Part shown: positions 1-6,835 of the stretch, in pieces | Position numbering within the stretch: the stretch's first letter is position 1 | How the letters are laid out: each line of letters starts with the position of its first letter | Origin: a virus | Taxonomy: Duplodnaviria; Caudoviricetes | Length of the DNA: 24,793 bases | Virus record (IMG/VR): IMGVR_UViG_3300044674_002650 | Span: 1 to 24,793 of that record | Reading direction: 5' to 3' (one strand) | The notes under the pieces: model-generated | Databases searched by the model: none | Seen by the model: the letters and a program-made list of their open reading frames with translations, nothing else | What the model was told of the DNA's origin: nothing | Position numbers and translations under genes: made by a program

Positions 1-128
1 GGAGATAGGCTAGTCCCCCATGGAACCGTGGTATGCGACCGCCGCCGAACCTTCCATTTGCTACCCCCCCCTCCCCCGTGGGCCTTTCTCAGGGGATCAG
101 GGCGACCACATCATCTCGGATGCAGTGG

Positions 129-572
129 TCAATCGCCGTAACCTTCTGATTTAAATGGCAAAACATTCTCCGGCAAATCCTCCTCCGGCTCTAAATCCGC
201 GAAGAATCCGCTCGAAACCGTCTCGATCTGCTGTTTTTCTGGGGCAAATGCACCGATGACCTTGCCAATCAACTCAAGGGATCGAACGCGGGCGGCATCA
301 CTGTTCTCGGCGTCAAGCGCTTCGACCTCAAGACGGCCCATCAGCCAATCGTGTTTATCCACCGCTCTGACCATCAATTGCCGCTTGTGAGCCTCAATAG
401 CCGCCTGAACGTCAACGTGAGTCAACAACCGTGAGCCCTGCTGTTTCGGGTGTGAATAGCCTGCCGCTTGGGCCGCTTTGGTGGCGTTGCCATGCTCAAC
501 AAACTCGGCAACAAACTTGGACTGACGCCAGTTGAGATTCTTTGGGTTTCCTTCCCCTGTATTGGTATCCAT
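129..572 (-). CDS. terS: Terminase small subunit (Terminase_2-like)
   Basis: N-terminal LNWRQSKFVAEFVEHGNATKAAQAAGYS..QGSRLL..VQAAIE is the typical terS HTH motif. GGA precedes the ATG. Confidence 0.85.
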   Translation of the reverse strand: MDTNTGEGNPKNLNWRQSKFVAEFVEHGNATKAAQAAGYSHPKQQGSRLLTHVDVQAAIEAHKRQLMVRAVDKHDWLMGRLEVEALDAENSDAARVRSLELIGKVIGAFAPEKQQIETVSSGFFADLEPEEDLPENVLPFKSEGYGD

Positions 573-648
573 TCCTATGGTGTTTCCTTACTGGTTGAAG
601 AGGATCCGGTGTCGCGGTTATCGGGTTTTTTCCGCGCCCAAAAAATTT

Positions 649-942
649 TTACTTGAGCCACTGGCCAGCGATCGCGAGAAGCGCCGCGAAGATGATCCAG
701 CCAAGCCGCTCCCAAATGAGGGCTGATCCGGATTGCTTCTGGAATTGCTCGACCAGTTCGCGATGCTCGCGCTCGATCCAATCAATGCGGGTCTCATGGC
801 GATTCAGTCGGGCGTGAGCGGCATCGGTTCGCTCGTCGATCCTGCCCAGTTCTGATAGCTGATCAGTCAGCTTGTCGAGTTTTGCCTCGATTCTGAGCAG
901 TCTGTCCTGCAATTCCATACCGTCGATATCCCGCATAATCAT
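649..942 (-). CDS. Coiled-coil protein with C-terminal TM helix (XhlA/holin-like); start may be 936 or 918
   Basis: Heptad-rich LQDRLLRIEAKLDKLTDQL followed by hydrophobic LGWIIFAALLAIAGQWLK. Confidence 0.55.
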   Translation of the reverse strand: MIMRDIDGMELQDRLLRIEAKLDKLTDQLSELGRIDERTDAAHARLNRHETRIDWIEREHRELVEQFQKQSGSALIWERLGWIIFAALLAIAGQWLK

Positions 943-972
943 TGGGTTTTGCGATTTAATTTAACTTTTTTC

Positions 973-1015
973 ATTCTAAGGTGTTGTTTTGCCATTTCAA
1001 CTGTGTTTTTATAAT
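973..1015. promoter_or_regulatory. Overlapping divergent sigma70-like promoters
   Basis: Rightward TTGCCA(989-994)-15-TATAAT(1010-1015). Leftward TTGAAA(1000-995)-16-TAGAAT(978-973). The site is an AT-rich gap between divergent genes. Confidence 0.55.
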
Positions 1016-1020
1016 AACCG

Positions 1021-1255
1021 TTGGGCCGATACAGCCCCACCGTGCGGGACTGCGTTAAGTCCGCCAGACCTCAAGGATGAGGTGCTGACCCAGAGCCAGA
1101 GAGGCGAATCGCGAGTCACTGTATTGCAGGTGATCGACGGGAGGACCGGAGCGAGTGGGAACCCAACGACGGGGTATATCGGCGGCGACCGGAGGAGCAG
1201 GATGCTCGGCCAAGCATAAGCGGCACTCAGCGATGGTTGCGATCACCTTTTTGTC
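1021..1255 (+). ncRNA. Unclassified structured leader/sRNA with CsrA-type GGA hairpins
   Basis: No credible ORF. Long-range stem 1025-1038/1171-1183. Hairpins ACCTCA-AGGA-TGAGGT (1068-1083) and GAGCA-GGA-TGCTC (1195-1207). 9-bp complementarity 1128-1136/1240-1248. Bounded by the promoter and a hammerhead cleavage site. Confidence 0.5.
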
Positions 1256-1332
1256 GGGGTCTGAAGCTGACCCCCTGATGACCCAAACCACTGGGCATTG
1301 GTTACTCAATGGGCGGAGCACCGCCGAAACAA
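1251..1332 (+). ncRNA. Hammerhead ribozyme, type III, variant with two hairpins inserted between A9 and stem II (HHR1)
   Basis: TTGT-C(1255), stem I GGGGTC/GACCCC, CTGATGA (1275-1281), insert 1282-1311, stem II GGCGG-AGCA-CCGCC, GAAACAA. Loop I GCT is complementary to loop II AGC. Confidence 0.7.
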
Positions 1333-1348
1333 TCTGGAGATTAAAAAC

Positions 1349-2203
1349 ATGGCAAATCAAAAACGAAACATCGGGCAGGAACTCACCGACGCGATCAAGG
1401 CAATGATGCTCGAACACGGCACCGACTGGACCAAGCCCTTTCAGTCACTCGCCACCGTCCCCACCAACGCAGTAACGGGCAATCCATACCGTGGGCTGAA
1501 TGCACTATGGCTAGGCCTGATCGGCGTCCAGTGGGCGGCAGGGTACAAGCAGTGGCAATCCATCGGCGCTCAAGTCGTGAAGGGAGGCAAGTCGGTCGCC
1601 ATCACCGCACCCCTGCCGATTAAGGACAAAGAGGATCCCACCAAGCTGGCGGCCCTGCTGTTCCGACCCACCAACATTTTCCCCAGCAGTCAGGTCGAGG
1701 GCTGGACCGCGCCCGCTGTTGAGACTACCGACACCACCGAGGTGCTGGCCGAGGTTGACGCCTATGTCGCCAACTGCAACGCCCACATCGAAACCGGCGG
1801 CAGTCAGCCCTGCTACATCCCGTCGCGGGATCAGATCTCGATGCCACGCCGCGAGGCCTTCACCGAGACCGACACCAGCACGGCGACCGAGACCTACTAC
1901 TCGACGCTACTGCACGAGCTTATTCACTGGACTGGTCACAAGTCACGGTGCGATCGATTGGATGACAAGTCGAAGCGCGGCTATGCCTTCGAGGAGCTTG
2001 TCGCTGAGATCGGCTCAGTGCTTCTCTCAGTGCGTCTGGGGGTCTCCCCCACGGTACGGCCCGATCATGCCAAATACCTCAACGGTTGGCTCAAGGCCTT
2101 GGACGATGACCAGTCCTATATCACCGATGCCGCGAAGCTGGCCCAGAAGGCTATCGACTACCTCGATGGTCTCCAGACTGTAGAGCTTGAGCAGGCGGCG
2201 TGA
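1349..2203 (+). CDS. ardC: ArdC-like ssDNA-binding antirestriction protein (DUF1738 plus zincin MPTase domain)
   Basis: NAVTGNPYRGLNALWL, YKQWQSIGAQVVKG, YYSTLLHELIHWTGH and YAFEELVAEIGS. GGAG RBS before ATG 1349. Confidence 0.92.
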   Translation: MANQKRNIGQELTDAIKAMMLEHGTDWTKPFQSLATVPTNAVTGNPYRGLNALWLGLIGVQWAAGYKQWQSIGAQVVKGGKSVAITAPLPIKDKEDPTKLAALLFRPTNIFPSSQVEGWTAPAVETTDTTEVLAEVDAYVANCNAHIETGGSQPCYIPSRDQISMPRREAFTETDTSTATETYYSTLLHELIHWTGHKSRCDRLDDKSKRGYAFEELVAEIGSVLLSVRLGVSPTVRPDHAKYLNGWLKALDDDQSYITDAAKLAQKAIDYLDGLQTVELEQAA

Positions 2204-2253
2204 GTCGCTTTGCTCGGTTTTTTTCCGCAACCCAAAATTTTTGAGGAGTCACC

Positions 2254-2538
2254 ATGAAGCTTTCCAAGCGAGTTCTAGACGTTATTCAGGAGCGCCAGCA
2301 CAGCGCCGAGTGGTGTGCAAAAATCGCCGCCCGAATCGAGGCCGACGACGAAAGCCTGCCCGATCACTTTACCCGAGGCGGGTACGGCTCTCACTACTAC
2401 TTCGGCCTCCGAGACGCCGCCCACTCAACCATCGAGTCATTGCTGATGGCGCACGAAGCCTACGCCGGATTCAGCCATGAACTTTGCCAAAAAACGCAGG
2501 CCCGATGGAATCAATACTCCCTGCGCAAAGCGCAATAA
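2254..2538 (+). CDS. Hypothetical early protein (94 aa)
   Basis: GAGGAG RBS. The stop codon abuts HHR2. Confidence 0.75.
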   Translation: MKLSKRVLDVIQERQHSAEWCAKIAARIEADDESLPDHFTRGGYGSHYYFGLRDAAHSTIESLLMAHEAYAGFSHELCQKTQARWNQYSLRKAQ

Positions 2539-2600
2539 CCCGTCTGACGATGGCCCGAGGGATACGGGCCGAAACACCCTTCGGGGTGTCACGGGAATCC
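2539..2600 (+). ncRNA. Hammerhead ribozyme, type I (HHR2), predicted cleavage after C2590
   Basis: CCCGT-CTGACGA-t-GGCCCG-agggata-CGGGCC-GAAA-CACCC-ttcg-GGGTG-TC-ACGGG. Loop II GGAT pairs with tail ATCC (2597-2600). Confidence 0.93.
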
Positions 2601-2648
2601 ATCTCGTACCCCAAACCACTGGGGGTTACTCACAATCTGGAGGTCACT

Positions 2649-3041
2649 ATGACCATGCAAAAAGACTACCTGTCCTACGTTTCAATCGGCGGCGGCTCAT
2701 CTTGGGGCTACGGCGAAACACCCGCCGAGGCTGTGGCAAATATGCTCGGCAGTCTCAAGGACTGGACGATGTATTACGACCTGTCCGAGACCAACGTCTA
2801 CTCAGCAATCTATGACGTTGCGGACTACGCCGGATTCAGCGCAGACCATCGCGGCCTGTATGGATCGCTCGGCGACGGTACTTACACCGACGCGCCGCTG
2901 GAGCCTATCCAGTTCAGTCGCACCCTCACCCCGAAGCACACGCGCAAGCGCAACTGGACCGAGGCGAAAGCCACGCTTGCCGCACTGCGCACAGTGTTCG
3001 CCGATACCTTCGAGGCTGTCGAGGTCAGTGACGCCGCATAA
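2649..3041 (+). CDS. Hypothetical early protein (130 aa)
   Basis: CAATCTGGAGG RBS before ATG 2649. Sits exactly between HHR2 and HHR3. Confidence 0.75.
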   Translation: MTMQKDYLSYVSIGGGSSWGYGETPAEAVANMLGSLKDWTMYYDLSETNVYSAIYDVADYAGFSADHRGLYGSLGDGTYTDAPLEPIQFSRTLTPKHTRKRNWTEAKATLAALRTVFADTFEAVEVSDAA

Positions 3042-3103
3042 CCCGTCTGATGAGCCTGTCTGGACGGCAGGCGAAACACCCTTCGGGGTGTCATGGGAAT
3101 CCA
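3042..3103 (+). ncRNA. Hammerhead ribozyme, type I (HHR3), predicted cleavage after C3092
   Basis: CCCGT-CTGATGA-GCCTGTC-tggac-GGCAGGC-GAAA-CACCC-ttcg-GGGTG-TC-ATGGG. Loop II TGGA pairs with tail TCCA (3100-3103). Confidence 0.95.
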
Positions 3104-3144
3104 CCCATCCCCAAACCACTGGGGCAATCAATCTGGAGGACGTT

Positions 3145-4029
3145 ATGTTCGACGATCTAGCGACACACGACATCACCAAGGTGCCGACCAAGCAGGCGGG
3201 CCACAAGTGCCCCCGATGCCGAGGCGCTGGTCACTACACCTACGCCAACGGTAACACCTACCCCTGCGGCAAATGCCGTAGCACTGGGCGACTCAAGACC
3301 AGTCCGGAGCAACGCATCAAGAATCGCGCCTATCGGGCGACCGCCGCAATCAAGCAGAAGGCGGACAACGTCGAGGAGTTCGGTAAGCGTGAGCCTGCCG
3401 CCCTCGCGTGGCTCAAGGACAGCCGCAGTAATTTCGCGGCATCCCTGCTCGATCAGGTCAAAAAGAAAGGCGACCTGTCACCCAATCAACTGCAAGCCGT
3501 TTACCAGTCCATCGCCCGCGAGGAAGACTGGGCCAAGCAACGCGAGCAGAAGGCCACGCAGACGCAGTTCGACATGGAAGATCTGCTGGCCCGATTTGCC
3601 CTCGCTGTGGAGGCTGGCAAGAAGCGCCCCAAGATCAACGTCGGAGACCTGCTGTTCTCGCTAGCCCCTGCTGGCGGGCGCAACGCCGGACACGTCTACG
3701 TCAAGGGCGAGAAGGACTGGGACGGCGAACGCCCCTACCTCGGCAAGATCACGCCAGAGGGCAAGCTGTACTTGGGCGCTGGCGTCTCTGATGAGATCAG
3801 GGATCGAATCCTCGCCATCGGGTCCGACGTCGTGAAATCTGCCAAGGCTCACGGCGCTCAACATGGCAACTGCTGTTTCTGCGGGTCACCCCTATCGACC
3901 GACGCATCAGTCAGTAACGGCTACGGCCCGATCTGTGCTGACAACTGGGGTCTGCCGTGGGTTGTCCGCGAGGAGTTCAAGCAGGCGAAAGCCGATCTCA
4001 AGCAAGCCAATCAGGAGGCCGCATCATGA
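3145..4029 (+). CDS. DUF6011-domain protein with N-terminal DnaJ-type Zn finger
   Basis: CPRCRGAG..CGKCRSTG at the N-terminus. C-terminal CCFCGSPLSTDASVSNGYGPICA is the typical DUF6011 motif. GGAGG RBS. Confidence 0.75.
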   Translation: MFDDLATHDITKVPTKQAGHKCPRCRGAGHYTYANGNTYPCGKCRSTGRLKTSPEQRIKNRAYRATAAIKQKADNVEEFGKREPAALAWLKDSRSNFAASLLDQVKKKGDLSPNQLQAVYQSIAREEDWAKQREQKATQTQFDMEDLLARFALAVEAGKKRPKINVGDLLFSLAPAGGRNAGHVYVKGEKDWDGERPYLGKITPEGKLYLGAGVSDEIRDRILAIGSDVVKSAKAHGAQHGNCCFCGSPLSTDASVSNGYGPICADNWGLPWVVREEFKQAKADLKQANQEAAS

Positions 4030-4304
4030 ATGCTCAAGTTGAATCTATCGGACGCATGGTGTCTCTCGATGCCGCCGCGCAACGCAACGGCTGGGAGATC
4101 GTCCACGTCGAGGCAAACCAAACCGATGCCGTCGTGATGTTTGACCGAGGGGCTGACCGAAGCCCGCTCGGCCCTGAGAAGCGCTACGGCACCTCGGAGT
4201 TTTACTTCCCCGCTGGTTACTTCGGACAGGGTCATTACGACCTGAGTATCGATGAGGCGCGAGTCGATTTCCGAGAGCGCTGTAACCGCACCTTCCCCGT
4301 CTGA
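4026..4304 (+). CDS. Hypothetical protein (92 aa)
   Basis: ATGA overlap with the upstream stop and GGAGG RBS. Its TGA lies within the HHR4 core. Confidence 0.7.
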   Translation: MNAQVESIGRMVSLDAAAQRNGWEIVHVEANQTDAVVMFDRGADRSPLGPEKRYGTSEFYFPAGYFGQGHYDLSIDEARVDFRERCNRTFPV

Positions 4305-4358
4305 TGAGCTACCAGAGGAATACTGGTCGAAACCCGCTCCGGCGGGTCACGGGAATTC
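4296..4358 (+). ncRNA. Hammerhead ribozyme, type I (HHR4), predicted cleavage after C4348
   Basis: CCCGT-CTGATGA-G-ct-ACCAG-aggaata-CTGGT-C-GAAA-CCCGC-tccg-GCGGG-TC-ACGGG. Loop II GAAT pairs with tail ATTC (4355-4358). Confidence 0.9.
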
Positions 4359-4381
4359 ACCCGAACAATCTGGAGATTGAA

Positions 4382-4876
4382 ATGAAAACTATCGACATGA
4401 CCCCAACGTGGGAAGGGATCCTGCCCCTCTACATCGCAGGCATCGAGAGCGGCTCTTTCGAGGGCATCAAGAGCGCAACGGAAGAGCTTTACCGGATGGC
4501 GAGGCTGGCAGACATGCAAGTCGCCGCAGAGAAGGAACGCAACCTGACTTGGTCAATGGATAACTATCCACCCAAGTGGGAGCGACCCGTCCTGCTGGCA
4601 CTGGTCAAAGCCATCCTCAAGCGCGGTCACCCGATCTCAATCTGGATGGAAGACGAGCCAATCATCGAGCACTCCAGCGACCTCGCCGAGATCATCAAAA
4701 ACCTAGCCGCAGGCGATGGGGACGTAATCATCATGAATGACGGTCAGGGTGTGGGCTGGTTCAGCCTGATCTACAACAACGGCTCTGAGCATGAGCCGAT
4801 GATCGTGATCTCTGACTATTCAGCCAATGACGTGTGCGACGAGATCGTGCGCGAAGTCGAGCAGGAGGTGGGGTGA
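4382..4876 (+). CDS. Hypothetical early protein (164 aa)
   Basis: CAATCTGGAG RBS before ATG 4382. Confidence 0.75.
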   Translation: MKTIDMTPTWEGILPLYIAGIESGSFEGIKSATEELYRMARLADMQVAAEKERNLTWSMDNYPPKWERPVLLALVKAILKRGHPISIWMEDEPIIEHSSDLAEIIKNLAAGDGDVIIMNDGQGVGWFSLIYNNGSEHEPMIVISDYSANDVCDEIVREVEQEVG

Positions 4877-5190
4877 TGAGACACATCAAAGCCCTCGAAT
4901 GGCACACCTTCGAGTCAGCAGAGGAGGCCGCGAACGCGGCTTACCTCGCCCTCGTTATGGACTGTGCTGAGTACGACCAAGACCCGAACTATGAGGTGCA
5001 GATCTACTCCCCCGAGGAAAGCCAAAAGCGCGGCTACACCAGCGGCTGGCATCTCGTCTGGGAGTGCGGCCCTCATGGCTGGGGAGTCTCTCAATCAATG
5101 GCAATCGTCACTAGCGGGATCATCCCGTCTTGGGGTTTCTGTGAGACCCAGTGGGGATTCGACCTCATCTTCGTAGAGGAGGAAATGTAA
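4876..5190 (+). CDS. Hypothetical protein (104 aa)
   Basis: TGATG coupling and GGAGGT RBS. Confidence 0.7.
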   Translation: MRHIKALEWHTFESAEEAANAAYLALVMDCAEYDQDPNYEVQIYSPEESQKRGYTSGWHLVWECGPHGWGVSQSMAIVTSGIIPSWGFCETQWGFDLIFVEEEM

Positions 5191-5405
5191 TGGGAAAAGT
5201 AATCGACTTCGACGGCGTCAGGCCGAGCGATCAATTCGACGTAATCTTCAATGGCGCTGGTCAATACGAGCAGGCGGCGGAAGCCGCCATCGCGACTCTG
5301 CAAACCGATTCAGATCAGAACAATCAGAGGCAGGCAATCGCGATTCTCACGTTCCTCGGTGCCAAGCTTGATGATCTTGAAGCCAGCGGAGTGGACATTG
5401 CATGA
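5190..5405 (+). CDS. Hypothetical protein (71 aa)
   Basis: TAATG coupling and GAGGAGG RBS. Confidence 0.7.
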   Translation: MGKVIDFDGVRPSDQFDVIFNGAGQYEQAAEAAIATLQTDSDQNNQRQAIAILTFLGAKLDDLEASGVDIA

Positions 5406-5623
5406 GTGCATTTTTGAGTGAAGAGGACATGCCAGAGAATGCGATCTTTGGGTACTTAGTTGCCGACCTGTCCACGCGGATGGGTCACCTTGGATTCAAC
5501 GCTGGCTCTACGTTTTGCGACATGTCTCCCGAAGCCCAGAAGGAAATCATCGAAGACTGGGTGATGCTTCTCAACCAGTGCGCTGAATCTTTGGGCGAAA
5601 AAATAGAGGGCCGAATGCAATGA
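5402..5623 (+). CDS. Hypothetical protein (73 aa)
   Basis: ATGA overlap in the operon chain. Confidence 0.65.
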   Translation: MSAFLSEEDMPENAIFGYLVADLSTRMGHLGFNAGSTFCDMSPEAQKEIIEDWVMLLNQCAESLGEKIEGRMQ

Positions 5624-5715
5624 ATGAGCTTGGTGAGCACTGGATCGCCTTGCTGGCGGTCCTGACTTTACATCTTTGCTTTGTGGCCTTCGAGGCCTAC
5701 ACAATAGGAGGTTAA
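5620..5715 (+). CDS. Small single-TM peptide (31 aa, MNELGEHWIALLAVLTLHLCFVAFEAYTIGG)
   Basis: Not in the ORF track. ATGA overlap, GAGG upstream, fills the gap to the next gene, hydrophobic core. Confidence 0.55.
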   Translation: MNELGEHWIALLAVLTLHLCFVAFEAYTIGG

Positions 5716-5719
5716 TCTC

Positions 5720-5944
5720 ATGGAAGAAAAAGAGTTTCAATTCTTTGACCTAATCCGGAAGCACGACTTCTGGTACACCTACTCCGATGACCATCGGTAC
5801 TACACCCAAGGACGGAGAGAGCGGAAAGAGATCCATCGGTGGCTGGAGGATCACCCCAATCTTTCGTGGATCTGGGACAGATTCTGCAAGGCAATGTCTG
5901 ATCGCCGCACCCCCTCTAGCTTGGAGGAACTGCGACGTGATTGA
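5720..5944 (+). CDS. Hypothetical protein (74 aa; HDFWYTYSDDHRYY motif)
   Basis: AGGAGG RBS. Confidence 0.75.
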   Translation: MEEKEFQFFDLIRKHDFWYTYSDDHRYYTQGRRERKEIHRWLEDHPNLSWIWDRFCKAMSDRRTPSSLEELRRD

Positions 5945-6344
5945 GGGAATTACCGCGCCAGAGGTGAAGGCGCTCGCCGAGAAACACCGTCAAGGGTGGA
6001 GTATCAGGTCACTTGTCACCGCGTCCAACATCCCACAGCATAGGCTCAGCAGATACCTTCGTATCTATGAGTCGCTGGGAGATGGGGCGTTCGTGCCTGA
6101 GAAGAGACAGCTAAGCTACACCGCCAGTAACAACCGGAAGTTGCGCAAGCTTGTGGAGAAACACGGTCTTACCCGACCGGAGATCTGCGAGCTACTCAAC
6201 GCTCCCTCGGGAACGGTCAAGAACTGGCTACGCGGAGAGGATACGAAAGGATTCTGTCCGATGCCCGCCTACGCCCTCGAACTCCTGCAAATCAAATTGC
6301 GGGAGGGGAAGGCACTCGAAGAAATGCGACGGGCCATGGATTAG
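5937..6344 (+). CDS. HTH transcriptional regulator (probably two HTH units)
   Basis: GTG start after GGAGG. Contains GWSIRSLV..IPQHRLSRYL and GLTRPEICELLNAPSGTVKNWL. Confidence 0.65.
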   Translation: MIEGITAPEVKALAEKHRQGWSIRSLVTASNIPQHRLSRYLRIYESLGDGAFVPEKRQLSYTASNNRKLRKLVEKHGLTRPEICELLNAPSGTVKNWLRGEDTKGFCPMPAYALELLQIKLREGKALEEMRRAMD

Positions 6345-6537
6345 GCTCGTCCACTTCTCCCACCAAACTGTCTTCGACCATGTCGAACAACCCGTACCAA
6401 TCGCCGTTGTCGGAGCTTCCGTAAACCAAATACAGTCCCTCGATCTCGGGGGACTTTTCCTCAAAGAAAGTCCATCCCTCTCTGTGCAGGAACACGACAT
6501 TGTCCCTGCGCTCCAGAACGTGCGCGGCCTCGGTCAT
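6292..6537 (-). CDS. Hypothetical protein (DUF551-like pattern)
   Basis: W..EKSPEIEGLYLVY...VAFLRVPSPP. GAGG RBS. Last gene of the minus-strand operon. Confidence 0.5.
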   Translation of the reverse strand: MTEAAHVLERRDNVVFLHREGWTFFEEKSPEIEGLYLVYGSSDNGDWYGLFDMVEDSLVGEVDEPNPWPVAFLRVPSPPAI

Positions 6538-6835
6538 CAGAAATCCTCTGTTGCGGTGGGTGACGACGCTTCCAAAACCTTTGCACCCCGAATTTCACTT
6601 CGTCTCGAATGCCTATCAGAAGCCCATCGTCTTCAGGATAAGTATCGATGACCTCTCTTCTCTCTTCCAGACTTGACAGTTCACAGATGCGTGAGCACAC
6701 GAAGATCAGGCACAATTTCATTGCCAGATCTTGAAATTCTGGTTTGAGTTGTTCCTCTAGATAGGCCTTGATGTCGGGGTATCTGATTCGCTCTGCGGCC
6801 TGCATCGAGACCGCCCGCAGGTCAGCGGGATGCAA
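6461..6835 (-). CDS. Hypothetical protein
   Basis: Overlaps the end of the resolvase gene and has a GAGGG RBS. The C-terminal tail overlaps the next gene. Confidence 0.55.
   Translation of the reverse strand: MHPADLRAVSMQAAERIRYPDIKAYLEEQLKPEFQDLAMKLCLIFVCSRICELSSLEERREVIDTYPEDDGLLIGIRDEVKFGVQRFWKRRHPPQQRISDDRGRARSGAQGQCRVPAQRGMDFL

Noticed and set aside
1186-1240. Pistol ribozyme (TAAGCG) or SRP-like motif (CCGGAGGAGCAG)
   Set aside because: The pistol P1-loop pseudoknot and AAA linker are absent, and SRP helix 8 symmetry is not met.
989-1417. ORFs 989-1219, 1155-1406 and 1055-1417(-)
   Set aside because: No RBS, and they overlap the promoter, structured RNA or ardC.
2536-4375. CRISPR array or integron attC sites
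   Set aside because: Repeats are separated by whole genes, there are no cas genes and no attC R/L boxes; the hammerhead fold explains them.
1298-4381. Longer ORF-track starts at 1298, 2484, 2812, 3957 and 4304
   Set aside because: They run through ribozymes or upstream genes and lack an RBS; ATGs at 1349, 2649, 3145, 4026 and 4382 follow GGAG motifs.
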